Assembly (NCBI RefSeq): GCF_018977255.1
Contig: NW_024704743.1
Coordinates: 3,040,001-3,100,000, forward strand
Source of the DNA: Callorhinchus milii
Taxonomy: Eukaryota
Direction of reading: 5' to 3'
DNA: 60,000 nt
The notes under the pieces are model-generated. The model made no database searches. It saw only the letters and a program-made list of their open reading frames with translations, and was not told the origin of the DNA. Position numbers and translations under genes: made by a program. Positions 12,211 through 24,578 of this stretch are shown here, in pieces (position 1 is the stretch's first letter; each line of letters opens with the position of its first letter).

Positions 12211-13184
12211 TAACAACAACAACAAGATTCCATTTATAAAGCGCCTTTCACGTCAGGAGGACGTCCCAAGGCGCTGCACAGTTGGGTCAGGACCCGAGCA
12301 GGGGGGAAATGGTCAGGGTGAGGGGAGGGAAGGGAGGGAGCGAGGAGGGGGGAAATGGTCAGGGTGAGGGGAGGGAAGGGAGGGAGCGAGGAGGGGGAAG
12401 AGAGTCGAGAGGGGAGCTGAAGGCACGGTCAAAGAGAAAGGTTTTGAGACCGGCCTTGAAGGAGAGGGAGGAAGCGGCGAAGGCACTGGGGGATGGAGTT
12501 CCAGAGCCTCGGGGCTGAGAGGCTGAAGGCCCGGCCACCGATGGTAGGGCGGTTGGGGCGGGGGACGTGGAGCAGACCGGAGCCAGAGGAACGGAGGGTA
12601 CGGGCAGGTAGGTAGGGGGATAGTAGGTCGGAGAGGTAGGAGGGAGCGAGGCCGTGAATGGCCTTGTAGGTGAGGATGAGGATCTTGAATTCGATCCTCT
12701 GGGGGATGGGGAGCCAGTGGAGGCGAGCGAGGGTGGGAGTGATGTGGTCGCGGTGTCTGGTGCGGGACAGTACACGAGCTGCAGAGTTCTGAATGACCTG
12801 CAGTGTGGAGGGAGGGCCGGGAAGGCCGGCGAGGAGAGAGTTCCCATAGTCCAGCCTTGAGGTGACAAAGGCGTGAACCAGAGTTTCAGCCGCGTGAGGG
12901 GTGAGGTAGTGCCGTAGTCTGGCGATATTCCGGAGGTGATGGAAGGCGGTGCCAGTTGTGGTGCGGATGTGAGGGAGAAAGGACAGCTCAGGGTCCAACA
13001 GAACCCCGAGGTTCCTGACCGGCTTTGAGAGGTGGAGAGTGCGGCCTTGGATGCTGATGGTGTCAGCGCCTGAGGTGCGGAGGCGCTGACGTGAGCCAAT
13101 CAGGAGGGCCTCGGTTTTTCGCACGTTGAGCTGAAGAAAGTTGTCTCTCGTCCAGGACTCGATGGCAGACACCCTACCGAGCAA
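12211..13184 (-). mobile_element. 5'-truncated L2-clade LINE (ORF2 C-terminal region plus 3' UTR, (TTG)n tail)
   Basis: Translation NFLQLNVRKTEALL...VRNLGVLLD...LVHAFVTSRLDYGNSLL...HWLPIPQRIEFKIL..., typical of L2/CR1-group ORF2; ~250 codons open. Confidence 0.92.
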
Positions 13185-13219
13185 ACCCCCCCCCCCCCCA
13201 CCAAATAAATATATTTTTT

Positions 13220-13664
13220 AAAAGATCCACAAAGGACTGTCTTTATTTACTTTTATTTTTGATATGTATCTTACACTCGTCCTGTCACTCAAATCAGCTT
13301 GCAAACAGATATGCAAATATCTTGAGAAGCAGTAAGCGACAGAGTAGACCGATCGGTAACTGGCACTAGTGTTCCAAAGCTCGTTAGAAATGACAAAAGA
13401 CTGCAACTTGTCGCTTTCTTTCATTCGCAGATGGCAATTTCAAGCGTCATCGATCAACGTGGCAACATGAACCTAACACACACCAATGGACTGAATAATG
13501 CACAAAATATACTTCAGTCCTCAGATTTAATGTCACCTTTTCGCATCTCAGTAAATGAAGTACGTTGTGATTTCAACAGTGCACCATTACAAGGCTGACC
13601 ACAGCCTTTTTGTGAGCGTTTGTAGTGTCTCTCAGCACACAGGAAACAAAGACTATATATACAT

Positions 13665-13699
<35 letters not shown>

Positions 13700-14506
13700 G
13701 TCTTTACCATCTCCCCTTATGTCCCAAAGCAGTGTGCAAATATTGCACTGTGCTTTCAGTCTGTGTAACAAAGCGCAGGATTCATTGGTTTGTGAACACC
13801 TTTGCTTTGAGCAGAACAAAGAACCTAGTTATGAAAAGGTTTGCTAAGCCTGAGTACTGTCTTTGGTAGGTTAATATAGGGTTATATTGTAAGATTATTC
13901 ATTATACACATATTAAGTTTGTCTTTCGACCGCAGCCATCCCTTTAGCATTGGTTTGTGGTACATCAGAGCCCGGTACAGGAGGTCTGTTAGGAGGTATA
14001 AACATACCCTCAACCACCCAGGGTCACACCCTGGCCTTGTCTTCTCAAAAGGCACCATGAAGCCGGGGAAGGGGGATGGGGGTCGGGGGATACAGAATGG
14101 CAAAGGATGAGTTTTTCAGTCACGGTCGTTGGGTGATTTCTGCTCGCACCTCTCAATGTACAGTCGCCCACTCCCTGCTAGGTTGTATGATAGATAGATA
14201 GATCACCACACACCAGTTCTCAACCCAACACGGTTCAGATATTAACACTGCCCGATCACACCTGCCCCCTCCTGCCCTCCCCAACCACCAGAGAGGAGAA
14301 CTGAGTGAAAGGGAGATTCGTGAAGAGTGACATATTTAACCCTGACACCTAACATTATTTGTCATTCAAACTCATGATCTTTGCTGGTTAGTAAGCACCG
14401 TTTCAGTCCCCCTTTAGTTAGCGTTTTTCTTCCAATATCAGTTTCCATATAATCAACTGTTATTAGCTGGACTGATTCAGTGAGGCCTGAAAGCAGCATC
14501 GAGGGG
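13220..14506 (-). other. RNF19A: 3' UTR of the RNF19A-like gene, AATAAA signals at ~13242-13257
   Basis: Unique sequence after the stop codon; two TTTATT on plus (AATAAA on minus) just before the L2 insertion. Confidence 0.65.
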
Positions 14507-15182
14507 CTAAATGTCAGTGTGGATGACCCCGTTGTGTAAAGCACTGGATAGCTGCTGCTGGTTGTTGTTGGTTATGTTCAGCACCTCCTCAGAGGCACAG
14601 TTCAGCATAGCTGATGTGACCGTCCCATTCTCCTCCGCTATGAAGCCTAACTGCAAGCCCTCAGCGCTGGGCACAGTCAGGGTGGGGACAGGAGGTGGGG
14701 GGCCCACACCCTGGGATTGACAATTCTCCAGGCGATCGCTCTCCACCTCGGGGAGGGGGCTGACTGCCACCAAGCGACTGTGATAGTCACTCGAGCTGTG
14801 GCTGCAGGAGGTTTTCATGCTCTCCATGTCGGAGCCGCTGAATTCGGAGAAGTGGCTGGAATGGGAGTCGGCGACAGATGGGATGCTGTCACTCAGCGAC
14901 GGGGAGTCGAACTCGCTGGAATTGGTGCTTCTCTGCTCCAGCAATCGGGCGTCCATCTCCTCCAGGGTCTCGTTGATCTTAGTGCTGCCCCGTTTGCGCA
15001 GCTTCCCTTTGCACTTCTTGCCGGCCGAGGTTTCTTTGGGGCACTTGGAGGCAGCGCTCCGGCTGTCCACAGGAACAGTGCGGCCAGGCTGGCCCTCGTC
15101 CAGGCTGCTGCTCCCACTGTGGTGCCGGAACTTGGCAGGTTTTGACTCAATGTCCACTTGCACCTCTACACTGTTGCCTTCC
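14507..15182 (-). CDS. RNF19A: RNF19A-like E3 ligase, last coding exon (EGNSVEVQVDIESKP...IHTDI*)
   Basis: Acceptor TTTTCAG|G; matches the RNF19A C-terminus (FRHHSGSSSLD, SEFDSPSLSDS, SPLPEVE); TAG at 14507. Confidence 0.93.
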
Positions 15183-16224
15183 CTGAAAAAATACACATTC
15201 AGACCGTTTGTGACATTATTACAGCAAATGCTACGCAAACAACCCTTATATTTCATACCACGCCTTTCGCATCGGGAGAACGTCCCAAAGCGCTTCACAG
15301 GATATACTGTAAGGTGCGGTAATAACAACAATTTCCATTTGATACAGCGCCTTATCACGTCGTTAAATGTCTCCAAGCGCTTCACAGGATTTACTGTAAA
15401 ATGCAGTGACTTTATTTTGTGGGTGAAACGCAGCAGCCAGTTTGCGCACAGCCGTGTCCCGTAAACAGCCAATGGAATGAGTGACCAATTATTTTATTTT
15501 GGAGACTGTCGGCGAGGAAACCGGGAGAGAGAAACTCCTTTCTCTTTTCCAACAGTGTCTTGGATCTTTAACGTCAACCTGAACATGGCAGACAGGACCT
15601 CGTTTTTTTGTCTCGTATAAAGGACGGTGATAGTCTCCTCTTCCTGTTTCAGTGCAACTTTACACAGAATTAAATACAGGGTACAGCACTGATTACAGGC
15701 CATTTGGCTAAACACGTCCATGCCAGTTTCACCAATGAGCCACTTCCCATCCTTATTCCCTCTTCCACCTCTCTATCCTCTTTCGCTCAAGAATGCGAAT
15801 TGAACCATGACTTTGTTTGCTGGTGACAACTGCTGTAAACTGCACCAGTGTCTGTTAGTTTCACATTCTGTTCCTGTTAACTGTAAACTGACCAGCCACA
15901 AGCCTCAGGATGGTCACTGTTGTTTCCGCCCCATCATGAGACTCAACATGTTTTTTCAGAAGTGGTTAAATAGCGCTCGAGAGAAGAGCAAGCAAACAGC
16001 CCTACTTCCTGGCTGTCTCAGCCCCCAGTGTGCTCTGAATCCAATCTGAATAGACCTTCACCCAGCACCTTTCACATCAGGATGACATCCCAAAGCGCTT
16101 CACAGAATATACTGTTAAATGAATCGACTTTATGTTTTGTGGGCGAAACGTGGAAAGATGATATCAAACAGACTGTGAAAAAATCTTAAAGCGGATGAGC
16201 TGGGTTACTGAGGGAGGCACCGAC

Positions 16225-16368
16225 CTGTCCAGGGGGTTGAAGGAGTTGAGAATGGATCCAGCCATAGCCCTGGTACTGGCGTTGTCACTGATGGTCCCGA
16301 GGCTGACCGTGCCAGACTCCCCACTAAGACTGTAACGCTCCTTCTGTACGTCCGCCTGCACCTCCAAC
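16225..16368 (-). CDS. RNF19A: RNF19A-like coding exon 8 ([47 protein letters not shown])
   Basis: AG/GT boundaries, 144 nt, phases consistent with neighbours. Confidence 0.93.
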
Positions 16369-17739
16369 CTGCGGCAAACAGCTCAGTAATTAGTGCTGAC
16401 CGGCAAATGGAGGCAGGGATAATACATGCAAAAGAAATAACATTTAGCAGACAAGATTTAAGAATCACTTACAATTTTAATTCGTCAAAATAATTCTTGC
16501 ATTTGATAGTGCTCTGTTAGTTCTCGCTCCCCTTGTTAGTGCTCTCTCTCTCAATGCTCGCTTTCTGTTTGCGCTCTCCCTATCTTGACTGTATTTTGTG
16601 ACCAAAAGGCAACAGCCAATTGTGCACAGCACAAATAGTTGTGGATTGATTGACCAAATGTTTTCTTTAGGGGACTATTACCCACAGAAAGCGATCTGTA
16701 AATCGACAAGCAACTGGATTCCTACTTACCGCTAGGTAAACTGAGGCATGTGGAGTAAGGAAACTTGCCTAAGGTATCACCCCGCCTAGAAATCAAACTC
16801 GGGTCCTCTCGCTTGCGAGGCGAATGCTCTAATCAATACGATACAGGACTCCACTTTTGGGACGTGAAAGGCAGTGTATCAAATGCAAGGATTGTTATTA
16901 TACCCACTTGCCAACAAAAATAGTCACTACTTTACAGTATATCCGTGAAGCCCTTAGATGTCATCCTGACATGAAAGGCGCTGTATCAAATATAATTATT
17001 ATTAAACTCGCAGTGATTTTTCCCCTCACGAAGATAGTGCAACCAGGGATGATCAATGCCACGGTGAGGGAGGGTAAATAAGACTATAAAGATCACCATT
17101 CCTCTTCTGCAAGAGGCAGACGGCAGCAACATTGGTTCCAAAGCAATCACAGGTTAGTTTATTTTACTCTGACAATGCTGTGTTGAATTCTGGGATGAGG
17201 CGTTAAACCGAGGTCCCGTCTGCCTGTTGAGGTGAATGTTAAAGATCCCCCTTTTTTCAAAGTGTAAAGTGTAGTGACTGTATTTTGTAGGTGAATGAGG
17301 CAGCCAATATGCACACAGCAGTGTCCCACAAACAGCCATGTAGTGAGTGACCATTTCTATCCGGGGGATTGGTCAACAATTCTATTGTTGGCCAGGATAC
17401 CGGGAGAGAGATAAATCCCTTCTCTTTTCCAACAGCACTGCGGGATCTTTAATGTCCGCCTAAAGGGCAGATGGGACCTCGGTTTAATTTCTCACCTCCA
17501 ACACTGCAGCACACTTCCAGCACTACACTGTAGTGTCAGGTTAACACTGTGTGATTCCAAGTCCCGACATGGGGATTGAACCCACAAGCTTCTGATTTAA
17601 AGGCAAGAGTGCTATCGACTGAGCCAGGCTGACACACTCATTGCATCAGAACCAGAAGTCTCACCCCTTTTTTTTTAAAAAAAAGGTTGTTGATACAGGA
17701 CTGAGTTTGAACACACAAACCTTGACGTTCTGTATTTAC

Positions 17740-17953
17740 CTGTTGAAACAACTGACCATTGCGCTCCCAGAGAGGCTGCCTGTGATGCTGGCTCCAGCCA
17801 ATGCCATAGTGCTCGCAGTTTCACTCAGGTTGTCCCGAATGGCACCAATTCTGTCCATGTGGCTCCCGCTGGCACTCAGACTCCCTGTCAGACCCCCCAC
17901 GCTCTCCTCCCCAATACTGGGGTTATGTCGTGTCTCAACCACAAAAGTGGTAT
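17740..17953 (-). CDS. RNF19A: RNF19A-like coding exon 7 (NPSIGEESVGGLTGSLSASGSHMDR...SCFNR)
   Basis: AG/GT boundaries, 214 nt, strong RNF19A similarity. Confidence 0.93.
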
Positions 17954-18269
17954 CTGGAGATAGAGAAACGAACATCATCAGTAATACATTATCTGGACTT
18001 CACATTATTTTTGCTACAAAGTAAAATGCTACCAAATGTCAATGACCCATCCACACAAACAAGGGAACCTCCTCTGCAGTTTCCAGCAGAAGAGTCACTA
18101 CACGTCAAAGTAACTCATCATGTGAAGCACTTTCAAAGACCTCTCAATGTCGTAATAACAATGATAACAGCAATAATTCTTGCATTTGACGTCACGGAGA
18201 CGTCTCAAAGCGCTTCACAGGTTATACTGTAAAGTGAATTGACTGTATATTCTGTTGGTGAATATAGTC

Positions 18270-18690
18270 CAGCCAACCTGGCTCATCGACAGGACATGGA
18301 AGGACAGACTAGTCACTGGGAGCAGGGAATCCTCCCACTTAGCTCCTGTTAACCCTGCAAGCCAAAGCCCTAATGGGTAGTTTGGTCAGAATTGGACGAG
18401 CAGCAGGAATGCTTGCCAGTCAGCACTCTTGATGGCAAGCTATGTGTGGTTTTAGCTGGTTAGACTCCAACCGTTACTCCAACGCACACTCTGGGATCAC
18501 CAAGCCTTGGCTCTTGCCAACCTGCGCCTAATACTCTCCGGAATTAGTTAAGCAGGGTGCGTCCCTCCAGGGAGAGAGAGAGAGAGTGCGTATTTCATTC
18601 CAACAATCTATTTCGGGGATTTTAATGTGTAGGTGGGATGCCTGAAATTCTCAGCTTGGTTTGGAGACTCAAAGCATGGTGATGGGTTTA
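18270..18690 (+). repeat. Unclassified hairpin-rich interspersed repeat (near full-length copy)
   Basis: Homologous to copies at ~11615, 29225, 34530, 41515, 45595 (reverse), 50768, 56880. Confidence 0.85.
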
Positions 18691-18746
18691 TACATGTCAG
18701 ACACCTGGTTGTGCAAAAAAAAAGATGAGGATAAAATAACTCTTAC

Positions 18747-18905
18747 CCAAAGCTGTATTTCCTCCGCCACCATTCTCGTTCTCATCATCAAATTCTATCC
18801 TCACTCCTTTGCCAGTGCCTGCAGACACCCCACAGCCACCACTGCGACAGAGGGAGATGGGGACCACTCCGTATACATAGGCCAGCATAATGGGGACCCC
18901 GATCC
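18747..18905 (-). CDS. RNF19A: RNF19A-like coding exon 6 ([28 protein letters not shown]...)
   Basis: AG/GT boundaries, 159 nt; hydrophobic segment conserved in the RNF19 family. Confidence 0.95.
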
Positions 18906-19129
18906 CTGTACAAGTCACAACACAAGGCAACGTCAACACTGAAACCAACACCACGCTGCTCAGTTGTTGAAAGGTTATTTACATGAGGTACATATGAACT
19001 CTCTTCCTCAATCCCTCCACCTCGACCCCTCCTTCCCCATCTGCAAATCGCATCTGAAGGGGTTTCGCTTCAAGACGATACCACATGTGAAGGGCGCTGT
19101 GTTAATGCAGGTCGATGTTGGTTCCTTAC

Positions 19130-19244
19130 CTACAGTGACTGCAGCGACCAGAGGGGAAACGATGACAGACAGTGTCACACCCCCGGTGACTGCCAGGTTC
19201 CGCTTGTGCTTTGAAATATCTTTTCCTTCATAACGATTGTGAAT
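19130..19244 (-). CDS. RNF19A: RNF19A-like coding exon 5 ([38 protein letters not shown])
   Basis: AG/GT boundaries, 115 nt, translated manually. Confidence 0.95.
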
Positions 19245-21986
19245 CTGAAAATTACAACCATTTGATCAAGATAAACACATCAAGTTGTTGATCTTAGTCA
19301 TCAAAGCCACACACGGTTTTTCAAAGTATCAAGTTTCAGGTTAAGAAACGGAGATTCTTCTTATTATTAGTGTTTGCCTACGATTTAGCGCCTTATAATA
19401 TAATAATCCTTGTATTTGATATAGCGCTTTTCCCGTCTTCAAGACGTCTCAAAGCGCTTCACGGAATATACTGTAAAGTGAATTGACTGTATATTTGTGG
19501 GCGAAACGCGGCAGCCAATTGCGCACAGCAGCGTCGCACCAACAGTCCTGGATTGAGTGACTATTAGTTTTTTTTGAGGGATTATTATCAGGCGTGTGGA
19601 TTAAGGAAACTTCCCCAAGGTTTCGCCCTGCCGGGAATGAGACCCGGGTCTCTCGCTTGCGAGGCGAGTGCTCTAACCACTGAGCTACAGGACTCGGCTT
19701 TACAAAGTGAGCAGGAGCCCAGGCGGGGAGGGACTTGACGTCTGACAGGTCGACTGTCGGAAGAGACAGCAACATGGAATTAAGGGTGGAGGCAGAATGA
19801 GTGTCATTCACATGCACAGCGCACAAGGAGAATACAGGGACACCGTGTACAACCTCTGGGGATTTTACAGCTTTTACTGTTAGATTCTAACACTTCCCAA
19901 GCCTTCTCTTTGGCTCCCCCAGCTGCGAATCTCACTCCCACGCGAAGCTAGCATGAACAAAAATATCTTGATGTCAAGTCTTTAAACTCTTTCCTGTTTC
20001 GCCTCTTAACAATGGCTTAAACTCAGAGTCAAACGACAGCAGAAACATGCACAGTGCAAACTGCCTTATCACGTTAAAACATCTTGAAGTGTTTCTCAGA
20101 GGTTTTCTCTCCAGGAACTGTGTGTGTAGTAATAATTCTACTACTACTAACAATAACCCTTGCATTTGATATAACGCCTTATCACGTCGTTGAGATGTCT
20201 GAAAGAGCTTCAGATTATATATTGTAAAGTGGATCGACTGTGTATTTTTTGTGGGTGAAGCGTAGCAGCCAATTGCGCACAGCAGTGTCCTGCAAACAGC
20301 TGTGAATCGAGTGACTACATTTTTCTTTTTTAGGGGGTGGAGGGGGGATTATTAGCCCTGGAAAGCGATCAGCCATTAAACCGTTAAAGCCTGATCACGT
20401 GGATGTTAGAAAGATTTCAGAACAACATTTGAACTGAGAGGGAAGATTCTCAGGATGTTCTGTGGGACGTTGCTGTGTGCAAATTGGCTGCCCCTTTCAC
20501 CCACAATAACACTCTACAGCATAATCCTGTGATGCGACGGCGCTGTATCAAGTGTAAGAATAATTCTTCCTCTGGCCGGCATTCCTCCAAATAAATTGAT
20601 CATTCACTATTGCTCATTGCCTGTTTGTGGAACCTTCCTGTGTTTAAGGCGGCTGCCTCAGTCAGTCACTCCACTCGTCAGGAATTATAGGTGAAGCACT
20701 TTGAGATGTTATGGACGCTACGTGAAATACATAAACTACTTTGTCAATTAATGTGTCAAAAGAACAGGTAGAGGAACCATACAAGATTTTACTTTTCTGT
20801 GTAGGCCGACTGTTACCGAAGCCCTAAGAAAATAACGATTCCTTCTTCTTTATTGTGAACTTCCGAGATTTGTTGATGTATAAAATCAACCAATGCTCTA
20901 TTCCTCAAATAATGAAAGGGGAAGAACGCTTTTTGAAGAACTCATTTGAAAACTAACGGTTTCACTTTTTTTAAAAAAAATACTTTGCGAGCGTCAATGA
21001 GCTCACCCTTCAGCACTGCAGCTTGTCAAACCTTACTTTATAGGCCCAAGGAAACAGTATAGACATTATATAAATAATCCTTATATTTGATACAGCTCCT
21101 TATCAGGTCTTTCAGACCTCAAAGTGCTTCATAGGACTTAATACAACAACAACTTGCATTTACATAGCACCCTTCAAGCAGGGTAGCGTCCCGGAGCGCT
21201 TGACAGTGGCAGAACATGCCGCCAATGATAATTAATAATAACCCTTGCAATTTGACACAACGCCTTACCGAGACGTCGCAAAGCGCTGCACAGGATATAA
21301 TGTGAAATGAATTGACGGTGTATTTTGTGGGCGAAACTAGGCAGCCAATTCCACACAGCAGTGTACCACAAACAGTCGTGGATTGAGGGACTTTTTTTTG
21401 AGGGATTATTGCCTTTGGAAAGCTATCCGCCAAATCGACCAACAACCGGGTTCCTACTTACTGCTGGGTAAACAGAAGTAAGTGGAGTAAGGAAACTTGC
21501 CTAAGGTTTCGGCCCCCCCGCTCTCCCCTCAAGAATTGAACCTGGGTCCTCTTGCTTGTGAGGCAAGTTCTCTAACGAATACGCTACAGGATTTCACACA
21601 TTTTACTGTAAAGTGTTATGACTGCGTATTTGTGGGCAAACACACAAAGAATTTGCACACTTCGAGATGTCCTCCCAATGTGAAAGTCGCTATATCAGAC
21701 GTAAGGATTATTCCTTATTAATTATTATTAAGGATTATTGTTAATTATTAATTGTCATTAAATTATTGCTAATTGTTATTGGATTATTATTAATTATTAT
21801 TAAGGATTATGATTATTGAATGCTTCCGGACAGCATTCAGGAATGAAGAGGGTGTTGATTCCCCACTGAACCCACTAAGTCACAACCACTTCAGCCGTTG
21901 ACAGGAATCATTCACAACCACTTTGTTTCAAACCAAACGTCAAATGATTGAAGGAAGCACTTTAAATAGCACTGGTTACATCATAC

Positions 21987-22149
21987 CTTGCGGCCCACGT
22001 AGACAGGAATGCCAATGATCATAGCCGGGATGGCAATCCCTGCGATCAGAGCGATCCCTACAGGAGCACCCACCAATGTTCCCAGCTGCCACAGAATCTT
22101 CTTTTTACGGCTCCAAGGTTTCTTTCCCCAGAAAGTACACCCGGAAGGA
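21987..22149 (-). CDS. RNF19A: RNF19A-like coding exon 4 ([54 protein letters not shown])
   Basis: AG/GT boundaries, 163 nt; end of RING2 and first transmembrane segment. Confidence 0.95.
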
Positions 22150-24433
22150 CTAGTGAGTTACATGGGGAGAGAAAGGAAACATCATTTTAAATATTTTGCA
22201 TGCACAAAATGTGAACTGATAAGACAAACCGAGTTCCGATTCAGTCTGAAGAGACGACGACTCAGAAGGGAACCTCCTAGTCCTGCAGCTCAAGTGGTTA
22301 GAGCGCTCGCCTTGCAAACGAGAGGGCCTGGGTCCGATTCCTGGGCAGCGCAAAACCTTAGGCAAGTTTCCTTACTCCACGCGCCTCTGCTTACTTAGCA
22401 GTAAATAGGAATCCGGTTGTTAGTTGATTGGAGGAATGCTTTTCTGGGGGTAATAATCTCTTCAAATTAAATAATTAATAATAATTTGGTCACTCAATCC
22501 ACGACTGTTTGTGAGACACTGCTGTGCGCAATTGGCTGCCGCGTTTCGCCCACAATATACAGTAGGCTCGCTTTACAGTATATTTTGCGAAGCATTTTGA
22601 GACGTCTCAACGATGTGATAAGGCGCTAAATCAAACACAATGATTATTATTGTAAAATTTTAAATGGGATTCAAAATGTAAACCCAGATCAATACTTTAG
22701 GAGATAGTAGATCAAGAGGACACGGGTTTAGAGGTGTAACGGGGCAATTTAAAAAGCAGCTGGATGCTGCGATCAGGTGATGGTAGAGTGTCTGTTCTGG
22801 AGAAATGAGATCAGATAACACAAAAGAGCCTTTCCTTATCTGAACTGATCTTGTGGAAGTTATTATTATAAATTCTAAATCAAGTTTCTAAGAATTGTTT
22901 AGGAAATTATTTCAATTGATTTTATGCATTAAACCGTAACCTCCCTCCTTCCCAAATACTGCGATGCAACCGCCCCATTTGTATTGTAATTTTAAGCATC
23001 AATTAGATGTAAAAAAAATGTCATTAAATTGGCTCCAAAATGATTCACAGGTGTTTCTCAGCAGCACACAATTCAAAACAGGGCATCAAAAATTGGGTAT
23101 CAAGTCACGTCACTTTTGTATAAATGCAAAACCAATTTCAAATCTGTTGTTCTACAGCAACAACTTGCATTTATATAGTGCCCCTCATGCAGGGTAGCGT
23201 CCCAGAGCACTTGACTATGACGGAGCACATCTCTGATCTGGGGGAAGTGGGAAGCGACCATAGGCACAGTCGAATAGGAAGGTCTTCAGGCTCGACCTGA
23301 AAATTGGGAAGGAAGGGCAAGGCAGAGGGATAGAGGAAGAGTGCTCCAGAGTTTCAGGGCGGAGCGGCTGAAAGTGCAGCCACCAATGGTGGAACGGAGG
23401 GAATGGGGGACAGGCAGAAGACCGGAGCCAGGTGGAAGGATGCAACCCCAGTTTTGCTGCCAGAAGAGTAAACTTTTACAAGGCCGCAGGAGATCTGAAC
23501 ACAAATAAAATAAGAAAAATGTGGAATGCTCATAAAATAGGCCCACTGCCCCAGTTGGAAGCAAAACGTTTGGAAATCATATGGAAAGCGGTTAAAATGT
23601 CGTAGGAGACGTGAAAAGTTCTACTGCCGATTGGGACGAGCTCAAATTTATTTGTGGAGTCCTGTGGCTTGGTGTTTAGAGCACTCGTTTCATAAGCAAG
23701 AGGACATTGGTTCGAGTCCCAGGCAGAGCGAAACATTGGGCATTTACCCCCACACACCTGTTTACCTAGCAGTAAGTAGGAACCCGGCTGTTAGTTGATT
23801 AGCAGATCACTTTTACAAGGGTAATAATCCCTTCAAAAAAAAATAACTTGGGTCACTCAATCCATGATTGTTTGTGGCACGCTGCTGTGTGCAATTAGCT
23901 GCCACGTTTCACCCACAAAATATACAATCAATTCACTTTACAGTATATTCTGTGAAGTGCCTTGAGGCGTCTCGAAGACGTAATAAAGCAAGGATTATTA
24001 TTATAGTTTGCAATCTATGGAGATGGTGAACAACAACTTGCATTTACTCCCAGAAAGCGATCTGGCAATCGACTAACAACCGGGTTCCTCCGTACTACTA
24101 GGGAAAGAAAAGCGTGTGGAGTAAGGAAACTTGCCTAAGGTTTCAGCTCGCCCGGGAATCGAATCAGAGTCCTCTCGCTTGCGAGGCGAGCACTCTAACC
24201 ACTAAAAGAAGGGACTCCACACCAATAGAGATAAAGAGAGGACTAGGTGGGCGGATTGAGAGATTCCAGAGTCACTGGGCTTAGTGACATTCAGTTTTCT
24301 ATGTTGCCAACGTTTAAAAAACACAATACAAAAAATTGGATCTGTATAGCGCCTTTCACAGGGCAGTCAGGAATTTGGACCTGAGCTGGGGGGGTGGGAT
24401 TCCAAGCTAAATGTATTCACACTGGAAACTTAC

Positions 24434-24578
24434 CTTAAATAATGCAGGTCAGAAATCTCTTTCATACAGAGCCAGCAGAACTCGCAGCCACAAACCGCAC
24501 ACGTCATGTGATTGCAGCTCCCATCGTTCATTTTTATGATATAAGCGGTGCATCGCGGGCAAGGCTTTATGTCGTCCG
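24434..24578 (-). CDS. RNF19A: RNF19A-like coding exon 3, RING2/Rcat ([47 protein letters not shown])
   Basis: CAG acceptor and AG|GTAAGT donor, 145 nt; catalytic CNH motif present. Confidence 0.96.

Noticed and set aside
15183..15472. N-terminal part of the 321-aa ORF 14507-15472
   Set aside because: Upstream of the acceptor at 15182 it is intron/SINE sequence; only 14507-15182 is the exon
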